From contig JBGTNI010000072.1 of the NCBI GenBank assembly GCA_041743105.1, positions 10,777-74,776 of the forward strand: DNA of 64,000 nucleotides. Direction: 5' to 3'. Both the position numbers and the translations under genes were made by a program. Within the stretch, counting starts at the first letter, position 1, and every line of letters starts with the position of its first letter. Source of the stretch: Mycobacteriales bacterium (GTDB taxonomy: Bacteria > Actinomycetota > Actinomycetes > Mycobacteriales > QHCE01). The notes under the pieces are model-generated. The model did not search any database. It saw only the letters and a program-made list of their open reading frames with translations, and had not been told where the DNA came from. Positions 1 to 9,767 of this stretch are shown piece after piece.

Positions 1-96
1 CTGGTGGAGCGCCGAGCGCTGACCGATCTCGGAGTCAAAGGCGCCACGCTGGAAGACGTTTTCCTGGAACTGACCGGACGGGAGTACCGAGCGTGA
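1..96 (+). CDS. ABC transporter ATP-binding protein, 3' end (partial)
   Basis: Frame 1 reads LVERRALTDLGVKGATLEDVFLELTGREYRA*. The ATLEDVFLELTG motif is the typical C-terminus of DrrA-type ABC ATPases. Stop overlaps the permease start (GTGA). Confidence 0.85.
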   Translation: MVERRALTDLGVKGATLEDVFLELTGREYRA

Positions 97-1160
97 GTGG
101 TTTCCTCATCCTGTCGAGGATATTGGCGCTGGGATTCATTCGAGACAAGACGTCGGTATTCTTCACGATCTTGTTTCCGCTGATGTTCCTGGTGCTGTTC
201 GGTGCCTTGTTCAGCTCCGACGGCACCTCCAAGGCAGAGGTCGTGCAGATCGGAGATGTCATGGCGCTAGACGACCTTCCAGCACCTGCCCGTGCGGAAC
301 TGACGGAATCACTCACCCTGACCAAACGGGACGGCGCGTTGCAGGGTCCGCTGGCAAAGCTGCGCGAGGGCGACTATGACGCAGTGATCAGCGAGAAAGG
401 CAACCAGCTGGTGGTGTACTACTCCCAGGCCGACTCGGTGCGTTCGGCAGCGGTACGGGGGGTGTTGGAATCGGTGGTCGACAACGCCAACCTGACGGCA
501 GCCGGTGCGGCTCCGCTGTATGAGCTGACGGCACGGCAGGTGGAGGACGAGTCGATTCAGCCGATCCAGTACCAGACTCCGGGGCTGCTGGGCTGGGCTA
601 TCTCCATGAGCGCCGTCTTTGGTGCGGCACTGACATTGGTGGAGTGGCGCCGGCGCAAGATCTTACGCCGGCTGCGGTTAGCTCCGGTATCGCTGAGCGC
701 GGTGATCGGCGCACGCGTAGGGGTCAGTATTGCCATATCGCTGGTGCAAGGAGTGATATTTGTCGGCGTTGCGATGCTGCCGCTGTTCGGGTTGCAGCTA
801 TCGGGCCAGTGGTGGCTGGCGGTTCCGTTGATCGTCTGCGGCACCTTGGCGTTCCTGGCGATCGGGATGCTAGCCGGATCGTTTGCCAAGACGGCCGAGG
901 GAGCCAGCGGGATCTCCAATTTGATCGTGCTCCCCATGGCGTTCTTGTCCGGTGCGTTCTTCCCAATGGACGCGGCCCCGGCGTGGTTGCGCACCGTGGC
1001 AGAGATCTTCCCACTCAAACATCTGGTGGAAAGCACCCGAGATGTTCTGGTGCGCGGCGCCGACTTCGCCGCCGTCATGCCCGATATGGCTTTGCTCTTG
1101 GCGTTTGCCATAATCGCCGCCGGGATCGCAGTGAGCCTCTTCAGGTGGGACGACGTCTAG
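93..1160 (+). CDS. ABC-2 type exporter permease
   Basis: N-terminal TM helix (RDKTSVFFTILFPL), extracellular loop, five or six C-terminal TM helices, FLSGAFFP and PAWL...FPL motifs. Confidence 0.9.
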   Translation: MSGFLILSRILALGFIRDKTSVFFTILFPLMFLVLFGALFSSDGTSKAEVVQIGDVMALDDLPAPARAELTESLTLTKRDGALQGPLAKLREGDYDAVISEKGNQLVVYYSQADSVRSAAVRGVLESVVDNANLTAAGAAPLYELTARQVEDESIQPIQYQTPGLLGWAISMSAVFGAALTLVEWRRRKILRRLRLAPVSLSAVIGARVGVSIAISLVQGVIFVGVAMLPLFGLQLSGQWWLAVPLIVCGTLAFLAIGMLAGSFAKTAEGASGISNLIVLPMAFLSGAFFPMDAAPAWLRTVAEIFPLKHLVESTRDVLVRGADFAAVMPDMALLLAFAIIAAGIAVSLFRWDDV

Positions 1161-1325
1161 GCGTCCCGGCCTGAAGCATGAGTACAGCAGGTGGGACGAC
1201 GTCTAGGCGTCCCGGCCTGAAGCATGAGTACAGCAGGTGGGACGACGTCTAGGCGTCCCGGCCTGAAGCATGAGTACAGCAGGTGGGACGACGTCTAGGC
1301 GTCCCGGCCTGAAGCATAGGTACAG
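1142..1325 (+). repeat. 46-bp tandem repeat x4 (VNTR) with internal hairpin
   Basis: CAGGTGGGACGACGTCTAGGCGTCCCGGCCTGAAGCATGAGTACAG starts at 1142, 1188, 1234 and 1280; the last copy has a small 3' variant. Units are contiguous with no spacers. Confidence 0.97.
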
Positions 1326-1496
1326 CGCTACCCTGCGGAAACAGCGCTTAGACGAGGCCCTGCCTTGAGCTAACCATCGGCTAGATTTTGTCTTCAGCGC
1401 CAACTTTTCGCTATGGCTTCCAAAGTTGACGCTCTTGGATCGGCCAAGATACGTAATCCCAGTGTTACCAACGGTTTTCCGGGTTAGGGTTAAGCA

Positions 1497-2969
1497 ATGA
1501 GAAGTGCGGAAGACGGCGCTAGGGGGGCACACCAGAATCCGATATTAGGTGCCATCCTCGAAGAGTTGAAGTGGTCGCGTACTCGGCTGACTGTTGAGAT
1601 CAACACATACATGGGAAGGGATTACATATGTCGCTCCACGGTCTCTGAGTGGATCAGTCAAGGGCGGACACCTCATGATCCATTGCCCACCGTGGTGGCT
1701 CACGTGTTATCGGATGCAGTAGGTAGAAAGATTACTGTTGCCGATCTGTGGCAACGGGCTGGCAAGGAGTCGACATTGTGGGTGGCGGCAGATTCTTGCT
1801 ACCCCATGCCTTGGGATTATCGCGGTGTACTTCGCGCCGCCGACGACTGGACCGCTAATACAGGGGGAAATGTGGATGCAGACCGTCGTGTATTCCTTGC
1901 TGTCTCTGGTGCCGCGTTAACCAGCATTGGTTGGGGATACGCAGATAATCCGATGCCTGGGGGTCCATTTGGATTACAAAATAATACAAGTATCCCTGAC
2001 GCCATCACGATCACCCCGGGCATAATCAACGTGATTGAATCAACTACTAGGGAACTGAGAAATCTAGACGATATTGGGGGTGGGAATCGCAATAGTCTAC
2101 GAATCGCCCACCGGCATTTCCATACCTTAGCGGAGTATGTGAAGTCAGGTAAGGCAGTTGATGCACCCACGCAGCAGCGCTTGTTGACATCGTGGGCAAC
2201 CCTCTGCGAGTTGGCCGGTTTGATGGCCTTTGACGCTCATCTTTATGGCCTAGCCCAACGATATTGGTTTACCGGGCTCCAGATCACCCACACCACGGGA
2301 AATCCAGAGCTAGGAGCGCACATCCTGGGATATCTAAGTTTCCAGGCGGCGCATAGAGGGCAAACAAACGACGCGGTCCAGCTTGGCCAGGCGGCCATGG
2401 AGACCGCAGCGAAGGGCGCCAGTGTGGCGGTCCAGGCGTTAGTAACCTCACGCTACGCTCAGGCTCAAGCAGCTCTTGGTAATGACCAAGCTTGCCGCGC
2501 GGCGTTAGACAAAGCCAGTAACCTGCTCACCACCCCTGGCGCTCTGGCGAACAAGCCAGAGTATGTGTCGTGGTTTGACTCCAGGATGCTAGAGTCGCAA
2601 AGCGGTCACAGTCTTCTCGCTCTAACGCAGGCAAGTTCCCGTAAATCTAATCGTATTATCGAGCAGGCTGATCAGCTTTTAGCGCCGCACATGGTAGGCG
2701 GTAGCGATTTTTCCCTCGATTTTACGCGGGATGCTCTTTTCTGGGGTTCCTGGCAGGCGCGCAGTTACATCTGGCGAGATGAACTAGAACAAGCTGTTAA
2801 AACAGGCACGGCTTTAATCGACCTTTGCCGATCAGTTCGCTCACAACGCTGTGTAGCGGCACTTCGTCAATTGAATAGCGAATTAACGCAACATCGCGGT
2901 GCCCTGCATAAACCACACATCGCAGAATTCTCTCAAGAACTCAACACAGCCATCGCGGCAGCAACATAA
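1497..2969 (+). CDS. Actinomycete HTH plus TPR-like helical transcriptional regulator (NsdA-like)
   Basis: N-terminal HTH (WSRTRL...RSTVSEWISQGRTP), DRRVFL linker, LDDIGGG, LAGLMAFDA...AQRYW motifs typical of this family. Visibly lower GC than its flanks. Confidence 0.8.
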   Translation: MRSAEDGARGAHQNPILGAILEELKWSRTRLTVEINTYMGRDYICRSTVSEWISQGRTPHDPLPTVVAHVLSDAVGRKITVADLWQRAGKESTLWVAADSCYPMPWDYRGVLRAADDWTANTGGNVDADRRVFLAVSGAALTSIGWGYADNPMPGGPFGLQNNTSIPDAITITPGIINVIESTTRELRNLDDIGGGNRNSLRIAHRHFHTLAEYVKSGKAVDAPTQQRLLTSWATLCELAGLMAFDAHLYGLAQRYWFTGLQITHTTGNPELGAHILGYLSFQAAHRGQTNDAVQLGQAAMETAAKGASVAVQALVTSRYAQAQAALGNDQACRAALDKASNLLTTPGALANKPEYVSWFDSRMLESQSGHSLLALTQASSRKSNRIIEQADQLLAPHMVGGSDFSLDFTRDALFWGSWQARSYIWRDELEQAVKTGTALIDLCRSVRSQRCVAALRQLNSELTQHRGALHKPHIAEFSQELNTAIAAAT

Positions 2970-3258
2970 GTTCCCTTTTGCTCTGTCGAATAAGCACCCA
3001 CCTCAAACCCTGGCACAGCGGCTGAGCAACGTCTGTGCCGGACGGCAGCAGTAACCGAGGCCGGTTTAGTCAGGTGCTGCGGCCGGCTGGGATCGGCTTC
3101 AGCTTGCGGCGTAGCTGAGCCATGGTGCTCCTCAGATGTCGGCTCCGGAGATTCGACGAGGAGCCGACGCCCGGTGATGAGTGTGCCGGCGCGGTGCTAG
3201 GCGGCGCCGGCGATTTGGGCCGGAGCCCGGTAGCATCACGTGAGGGAAGGAGCGCCAC

Positions 3259-3969
3259 GTGAGCGACCTGATCGACACCACCGAGATGTATCTGCGAACC
3301 ATCCTCGAGCTAGAGGAAGAGGGTGTGGTGCCACTGCGTGCCCGCATCGCCGAGCGCCTGCACCAAAGTGGACCCACGGTGAGTCAGACCGTTGCTCGCA
3401 TGGAGCGCGACACCTTGGTTCGGGTGGAAGGCGACCGGCATCTGGAGCTCACAGAAACCGGACGACACCGGGCAGTGGCGGTGATGCGCAAGCACCGCCT
3501 GGCTGAACTGTTGCTCGTGAACGTGATCGGTTTGGAGTACGAAGTCGCCCATATCGAGGCGTGCCGCTGGGAGCATGTCATGAGCGACGAGGTGGAGCGT
3601 AAAGTTTATCGATTACTCGGTAAGCCGTCTGTCTCGCCGTACGGTAACAGTATCCCTGGGCTCGACGAACTCGACGCGGACCTTTCGATCTCCCAAACGG
3701 TCACCGCGGCGCAGCCGGCGGTACCGCTCGTCGATGCGCCTTCAGATGTGCCGCTGATCGTACGACGGATTTCTGAGCAATTGCAGACTCACCCGGACCT
3801 GCTGCGGAGACTCCACGATGCGGGTGTACAGCCAGGCGCCGAGATCACCCTTACACGCGATGACGACGAGATCATGGTCAACGGGACCGCGGGCACGGTG
3901 CGGTTCACCCCAAGCATGACGAACTTGGTGTTCGTGAGCCGGGTGACGCAGCCGGTAACGCTCGGCTAG
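3259..3969 (+). CDS. ideR: DtxR/IdeR iron-dependent repressor
   Basis: DLIDTTEMYLRTI, PLRARIAERL, MRKHRLAE, EACRWEHVMS, plus a C-terminal FeoA/SH3-like domain. GGAG RBS. Confidence 0.95.
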   Translation: MSDLIDTTEMYLRTILELEEEGVVPLRARIAERLHQSGPTVSQTVARMERDTLVRVEGDRHLELTETGRHRAVAVMRKHRLAELLLVNVIGLEYEVAHIEACRWEHVMSDEVERKVYRLLGKPSVSPYGNSIPGLDELDADLSISQTVTAAQPAVPLVDAPSDVPLIVRRISEQLQTHPDLLRRLHDAGVQPGAEITLTRDDDEIMVNGTAGTVRFTPSMTNLVFVSRVTQPVTLG

Positions 3970-4081
3970 CCCGGGAGCCATTTCACTGTCCTAGCGCACC
4001 ACCAATAGGTTACCGCCAAGGCCGCGGGAGCCGGCGCCTAGGAACTGGTTGGGCAAGGCAGTCAAAGGCGACAGCACGGAG

Positions 4082-4723
4082 CTATAGACGGATGCTTTTG
4101 CCCAGCTCGACAAGCCTGCCCAGCTGGGCATCGGCCTTTTGCCGCGAGTCCGACGCCGGAGTTGTCAGCACCAGGGTGAAGCTACCGCTGTCGTTGAACC
4201 AACCCACCTCACAGACAGGTCCAGTGTCGGTACCAGTTCCATCGCTACCGTTGCGAGTGATGGAGTAGGCGGAGGTGCCGAGTCCGGTGACTTCTTTGCT
4301 CCCATCGGGCTTGATGCGCTCATCGAAGGCCTTGTCGTCAAGTTTGCCGGGAGCAAAGGCCAAGGTCAGATCCGGCAGCGGCGTGGCGGTGGACCGAAGC
4401 GTGCAGGATTCCACGTTGTTGTTTGAGCGATGCAGCGCTGCCACGTTGAAGGCGGCGCCGAGCTTCTGTTCGATCTGTTCGTAGCCGAGTTTGCCGCAGA
4501 TTCCTCCGGCCTGCTCGGCCGGAGAAATGGTTCTAGGCAGCGTCGGTGCAAGCTGTGACGCAGACCGTTGCGTAGTGGATCCGGAGCGCCCCTGGTCGGC
4601 GTCTGCATCGGAACTGTTTGCTCCAGAGCCGCATCCCGCCGCGGCAAGCGCTACCAGCAAAATGCCAGCGGCCGCCGCCTTACGCGCAATCGCAGACGTA
4701 CCATAAGGCCGCGCTGGGATCAT
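4082..4723 (-). CDS. Putative lipoprotein
   Basis: Signal peptide with lipobox LAAAGC, low-complexity linker, Cys-containing globular domain. Confidence 0.75.
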   Translation of the reverse strand: MIPARPYGTSAIARKAAAAGILLVALAAAGCGSGANSSDADADQGRSGSTTQRSASQLAPTLPRTISPAEQAGGICGKLGYEQIEQKLGAAFNVAALHRSNNNVESCTLRSTATPLPDLTLAFAPGKLDDKAFDERIKPDGSKEVTGLGTSAYSITRNGSDGTGTDTGPVCEVGWFNDSGSFTLVLTTPASDSRQKADAQLGRLVELGKSIRL

Positions 4724-4740
4724 GCTGAACCAATCGTTAT

Positions 4741-5211
4741 CTAGGTTAGGGAACGCTCGGCCTTAGGATGCACCTGGCGTAGCGCCGCGATCTCAGTCTC
4801 GAAGTCGGCCAACGAACCAAAGGATCGGTACACGCTCGCGAATCGCAGGTAGGCAACTTCGTCGAGTTCTCGCAGTGGCTCCAATATGGCTAGCCCGACC
4901 TGGTGGGAAGCAACCTCAGCCACACCCGTGGCCCGAATGCTCTCTTCGGCCTGTTGTGCCAGTAGCGCTAGTGCGTCGTCGTCGACCGGTCTCCCCTGAC
5001 ACGCTTTGCGGACGCCAGAAACCACTTTGCTGCGACTAAAGGGTTCGCTTACGCCGCTGCGCTTGACTACGGCGAGCATTGCCTCTTCTACCGTCGTGAA
5101 CCGCCGCCCACACTCCAAGCACGACCTGCGCCGCCGAATGGCCTGCCCTTCGTCTGCCTCGCGAGAGTCCACGACGCGCGAGTCCGGATGCCGACAGTAC
5201 GGGCATCTCAT
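4741..5211 (-). CDS. nrdR: Transcriptional repressor NrdR
   Basis: [30 protein letters not shown] cone, AYLRFASVY. Confidence 0.97.
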   Translation of the reverse strand: MRCPYCRHPDSRVVDSREADEGQAIRRRRSCLECGRRFTTVEEAMLAVVKRSGVSEPFSRSKVVSGVRKACQGRPVDDDALALLAQQAEESIRATGVAEVASHQVGLAILEPLRELDEVAYLRFASVYRSFGSLADFETEIAALRQVHPKAERSLT

Positions 5212-5429
5212 AACCGATATCGCTCCTGCTCACCGTGGACTGAGTAAGGTCTACTGCAGTTTCTCGCCCATGGTACCCGCGCGAACTTGGCGGCCTATGA
5301 GCGATCCATGTCTTACGTGCCGTTCAGGCCTTACGGCTGCGGCAGCGCGATCCCTGCAAGAAATCAGCCAAGCCAGACGCTGAGAGGCTATCAACCAGAT
5401 ATGCTCTACTGATTTTAGGAGCGTGAACT

Positions 5430-5720
5430 ATGTCCGACCATCTCTCGGCGAAACTCCCCGGCGTGACGGCGGATGAAGCTAACACCTACGAGGTAGCGCT
5501 GGATGTCGTTAACGATGTGATCGGGTGGTACAGCTCCGCTATCTGGCGCGAAAAGCAGCAGACCAGCCCGGATCAAGGCGTTATAGGCCGCTACGAGGCC
5601 GCTGTCGCGAAGTGCAGTACAGAGCGTCGCGCGCTCACTCCGGCAGATCAGCCCGCTAACGCTCGAGCTATTCAGGCATACGGCATCCTGATTCGGCAGT
5701 TAAGAGCAGGAGCAGCCTGA
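5430..5720 (+). CDS. Small helical protein, putative antitoxin of the downstream zeta kinase
   Basis: 96 aa with AGGAG RBS; stop overlaps the zeta start (TGATG). Function inferred from position only. Confidence 0.6.
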   Translation: MSDHLSAKLPGVTADEANTYEVALDVVNDVIGWYSSAIWREKQQTSPDQGVIGRYEAAVAKCSTERRALTPADQPANARAIQAYGILIRQLRAGAA

Positions 5721-6819
5721 TGGCGGCTGTCACCTGCAGATCAGGCGACAGCGGTCCTGGATGCCGCTGTCTTTCTCTCGAGGATCTGAACCAGCTGTTC
5801 GAAACAGTCTGGCAGGAGGCCTATAGCGGCCCGAGCGAGCTACCCGAGCATTCGATCGACTCACCTACTACGTACCTGGTCGGCGGGCAGCCCGGATCTC
5901 GGAAAACGTCGATGGTTGGGGTACCCCTCGCCGAACGCCTACGGAACGAAGGTAGACCCTTTGTACACTACGACTTCGACAACCAGCGTCCGTTTCATCC
6001 ACACGCGGCGGAAACCTTTCCCGGTACATTGGCTGCCGAAGCCGACCCGCTGAAGAGCCGTGGTCGGAAGTGCGTGGACGAAGACATTCGTTCCTGTTTG
6101 GTCGGGATGCATGACCGAGCTAGGGCAGCCGGTGTCGACATCATCTCTGAAGGTGCGTTCGAAAATGCCGACTACATCAAGGAACACATCAGTGTCCCAG
6201 ATCGCGCCGCTGGCCGCCGTTTGCACTTGGCGTACGTCGCCGCACCCGGCTACGTCAGCTGGCCCGGAGTGCTCAAACGCGGCGTGGACGCCTTCGTGGC
6301 CACCGGTGAAGGCCGGTTGAATCGACACGACTTTCACAACAGCACGTTAGATCAGACACCGACGGCGGCTAACATTTGTCAAACCAGAAAATCGTCCACG
6401 GGATTTCTGTCCACAGCTGCAGCAGCGGCGCCGTCACCTACCACAATCGACTAAACAGCTCGGGTAACTGGATGCTGGCAAGGCTCGCCGGTGAGGCGTT
6501 GTCCGATGAGCGTAACCGACGGCGCACACCAAAGGAAACCAAGGAGCTATTGAGGACGCTCGCGACGTTGGATGCCAATCCCGCCACCGCGAAACACCTC
6601 GGCGCAGCCGCTTGGCGTTCCGAGCGCGACGGTGTTATCAGCGCCGCGCTCCCGCACCTGCACACCGACACCGCCCGTCGTTTACTGAGTCGTTCGGCGC
6701 GCGAACCGGCCTGGCGTAACGGCGGAGGTTTCCGGCAACCGCTACAGGTCCCACGAGCGTCTCACGGACCTCGGTCAAGACCAGCCAATCACCGGACGCC
6801 CGGAACCCGTAAGGGCTGA
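5720..6819 (+). pseudogene. Zeta-toxin/PezT-family P-loop kinase, split by a frameshift near 6380 (possibly a sequencing error)
   Basis: LVGGQPGSRKT Walker A variant, D.D..RPFHP, DIISEG, YVA..R motifs in 5720..6454. The zeta C-terminal part (TYHNRL..GNW...EAL.DERNRRRT..E) continues in ORF 6376..6819. Adding one A to CAAAC joins the frames. Confidence 0.75.
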
Positions 6820-6824
6820 ATGCG

Positions 6825-9125
6825 ATGGCAGATGGTAGTAGCCAGCCGGCGCCCGCCTATAACACCGCGGTCGACGTGCCACAGGACCAGCGCACAATTT
6901 TCGACGGCGACACGTTCGCGCTGTCGAGTCCCGATGGCAACATCGGCGGCTACGGGCCGGAAGGCTTTTACTCTCAGCAACGGCGCATACTTTCCAGGCT
7001 TCGCCTGACAGTGAACGGAGAGCCACCGAGGGCGCTGGGTGGCGACCAGCGAGACTCATTTACCGGAACCTTTGTACTGCGAACCCGCTCCGGTGATATT
7101 CCGGCAGACACCGGCACGGCCATACTCCGGCAGCGCGCCGTCTCAGGCGGCTGTCTCCGCGAAGATCTCGCTGTAACCAATCACAGTGCCGAACCCGTGG
7201 CGCTCACGCTCAAGCTCGAGTTCGGGGTCGACAACGCACAGCTGGTGGACGTCCGCTCGGGGGCGGTATCGCGCTCACCAGCCGCGACAGAGCAGGTGAA
7301 CACCCCAGACAACGGCACTCTCCGAATGGTTCTCCGTAGCGATACCACAACCGGTGCACTCGTCGAGGTGGAACCTATGACAGCCGGACCGGCTCTCACG
7401 ATTGACTCCGACGACAGCAGCCTTAGCTTTGATCTGAGACTCGCACCGCAGGAAACGTGGCGTACCAGCGTCGGGATTCGTTCGCTCCGCAACGGGGTGC
7501 CTCTTCCAACCCCGTTCCCGTTCGGAAAACCGATTAAGAATTCCGAACCGGCACGGCGGTCGGCTCATTGGCTGCGCGGTACGGCCAGGATTGCGGCCGG
7601 GCCGGCACGGCTGGACGCGACATTCAACGGCCTCATGGTGCAAGCCGAGCAAGATCTGGGGGCGCTAAGAATAAATGACATTCCGGGTATGACCAGCCTG
7701 GATAGTGAATCTCGCCCGCCCGCTGCTGGCTCACCTTGGTTTATGTATCTGTACTTTCGAGACGCGTTACTCGCCGGCATAATGTCACTGCCGCTGCAAC
7801 CTCAGCTGCTGATCGGCACGGTTCGCGTCGGGGCCCGGCTCCAAGGTTCGCGCGTGAATCCCCTGATCGAAGAAGAGCCGGGCAAAATCCTGAACAGAGT
7901 ACGGCACGATCCAGCCGGCTTGTCGCACTACTACGGCAGCGTGGATGCAACACCGTTATTTGTCATGGCTGTAGGGGAGCTGCACCGCTGGGGTTTCGGC
8001 AACGACGTCGCCGATCTAATGCCAAATGTCGATGCGGCCTTGCAATGGATCTCCGAGTACGGCGACAAAGACGGCGATGGTTTCGTCGAATACCAGTCTC
8101 CTCCGGAAAGCGTGAGGAAGGGACAGAACCAGTGCTGGCGCGATTCACCCGACTCGATGAATTTCTTCGATGGCACCCCCGCTATGACTCCGATCGCCGC
8201 TGGGGATGTACAGGGCTATGTCTACGGCGCGTACCTGGCGCGAGCCGACATCGCCGCTTCCATGGGTGACGCGGCGACTGAACAACGGTATCTGCAGAAA
8301 GCTGCTGAGCTGAAACGTCGATTCGACAACGGATTCTGGCTGAGCGATGAGGCGTTTCCCGCTCTGGCGTTGGATAGGGACAAACGACCGCTTGACGTCG
8401 TAACTTCTGATGCAGGCCATCTACTATGGACCGGTATCGTCAATGACAACAAGGCGGCCATCGTCGCCGACCGGCTCTTGTCTCCGGAGCTTTTTACCGG
8501 GTTTGGTCTACGCACACTGAGCTCACGGGCGGCGATATACAACCCAACCCGGTATCACAACGGTGCGGTATGGCCCCATAACACCGCCATCGGCGTGGCC
8601 GGCCTGACCCGCTACGGCCACATCGACCACGCCGGACGTCTCGCTGAAGGACTGTTCTTGGCGGCACAGCACATGCCGACTAACCGTTTTCCGGAGCTCT
8701 TCTGCGGTTTCGGCAAGGATGAGGTGAACAAGCCGGTGTGGTATCCCGGAGGCTGCGAGCCGCAACTCTGGGGAGCTGCAATCCCACCCCTGCTGGCAAG
8801 AAGCTTCCTTGGTCTCGAGCCGAACCTGCCACGCAACCAGGTTCGGTTGAACCCGGCGCTACCCCAGTTCTTGAGCGGACTCCAACTGAACGGAATATCA
8901 CTGGGCGGCAGCAAGATCGACGTTCGGCTGGGACGAGATACCCGCGGTAATATTCTGCCGCCAGCAGTCACGGGCGCCAGTAGGGACACCACACTGTTAA
9001 CGGCACCGCTCTTTGGTTCTGACAGCTATCACCCGCGGCGGTTACGAGCACGCACAATGCCGGCGAGAGTAGCCACCGGCCTTAGGGACAAGGCCGAGGA
9101 TCTCCTTCTTCGCCATCGGAGGTAA
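6825..9125 (+). CDS. Amylo-alpha-1,6-glucosidase / glycogen-debranching-type glycoside hydrolase (diverged)
   Basis: AAGSPWFM, EEPGKIL, YYGSVDATPLF, GDKDGDGFVEY, NQ.W.DS, GFGLRTL, YHNG.VWPH, PELFCGF and PQ.W motifs. Confidence 0.9.
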   Translation: MADGSSQPAPAYNTAVDVPQDQRTIFDGDTFALSSPDGNIGGYGPEGFYSQQRRILSRLRLTVNGEPPRALGGDQRDSFTGTFVLRTRSGDIPADTGTAILRQRAVSGGCLREDLAVTNHSAEPVALTLKLEFGVDNAQLVDVRSGAVSRSPAATEQVNTPDNGTLRMVLRSDTTTGALVEVEPMTAGPALTIDSDDSSLSFDLRLAPQETWRTSVGIRSLRNGVPLPTPFPFGKPIKNSEPARRSAHWLRGTARIAAGPARLDATFNGLMVQAEQDLGALRINDIPGMTSLDSESRPPAAGSPWFMYLYFRDALLAGIMSLPLQPQLLIGTVRVGARLQGSRVNPLIEEEPGKILNRVRHDPAGLSHYYGSVDATPLFVMAVGELHRWGFGNDVADLMPNVDAALQWISEYGDKDGDGFVEYQSPPESVRKGQNQCWRDSPDSMNFFDGTPAMTPIAAGDVQGYVYGAYLARADIAASMGDAATEQRYLQKAAELKRRFDNGFWLSDEAFPALALDRDKRPLDVVTSDAGHLLWTGIVNDNKAAIVADRLLSPELFTGFGLRTLSSRAAIYNPTRYHNGAVWPHNTAIGVAGLTRYGHIDHAGRLAEGLFLAAQHMPTNRFPELFCGFGKDEVNKPVWYPGGCEPQLWGAAIPPLLARSFLGLEPNLPRNQVRLNPALPQFLSGLQLNGISLGGSKIDVRLGRDTRGNILPPAVTGASRDTTLLTAPLFGSDSYHPRRLRARTMPARVATGLRDKAEDLLLRHRR

Positions 9126-9167
9126 GAGGAGCCCCTCTGCGACTGGATGGTTAGAGCCCGGATGCTC

Positions 9168-9443
9168 TTAGGCGGCATTCACCGTGTCGGTGAACCGCTG
9201 CCGCGCTGCTTGCCGGGATACTCCCAGCACTACCGCGATCTGATTCCATGACCGCCCGTGTGCACGGGCAATTTCAACAGCCTCCCGCAGTCGGGCCTCG
9301 TCCGCTCGAACGGCCTCAGAAGCGGCTGAGATATAACGGAGGTCGTCAGTGTGATCGACCTCCGCAGTTTCTGGGTCGATCACATCCGCGAGCCGTTCAA
9401 ACCGTTGCGCTGCCCGCTCGATGTCGTCATCTGTGTGTCGCAT
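9168..9443 (-). CDS. Putative antitoxin with C-terminal HTH
   Basis: EAVEIARAHGRSWNQIAVVLGVSRQAARQRF. GAGGTG RBS inside the toxin 3' end. Confidence 0.75.
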   Translation of the reverse strand: MRHTDDDIERAAQRFERLADVIDPETAEVDHTDDLRYISAASEAVRADEARLREAVEIARAHGRSWNQIAVVLGVSRQAARQRFTDTVNAA

Positions 9444-9453
9444 TGTCATCACC

Positions 9454-9690
9454 TCACCCAAGGAATCGGTAAAACTTCGACCGCAGCGGCATGGCGTGGA
9501 TGACAACCGGGTCGTCCCCATCCAAGTCGAGAATGCCGATCTCCAGCAGTGCTCCATCCCGCGCCGACCCAATGAGCATCGTCAAATCGTCGCCCATAAC
9601 GACCCGACGCATCGCACTACTGACGGCATGCCATACGTCCGCGTCGGTAACGCCGTGCTTCCGCGCTGGCTCTCCGATCCGCATAGACAA
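9454..9690 (-). CDS. Putative BrnT/RelE-like toxin
   Basis: ARKHGV.DAD..HA, LIG.ARDG.LLEIG, VIHAMPLR. Toxin-first two-gene arrangement. Confidence 0.7.
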   Translation of the reverse strand: MSMRIGEPARKHGVTDADVWHAVSSAMRRVVMGDDLTMLIGSARDGALLEIGILDLDGDDPVVIHAMPLRSKFYRFLG

Positions 9691-9767
9691 CCTGCCTTGT
9701 CTAAGGATAGATGTAAGGGCTCGTCATAGGAAGAGGCTCGAGAAGCCAGAGTTTGCCCAGCACTTTC

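Noticed and set aside
1142-1325. Possible CRISPR array
   Set aside because: Units are contiguous and identical with no unique spacers, and there are no cas genes; it is a tandem repeat.
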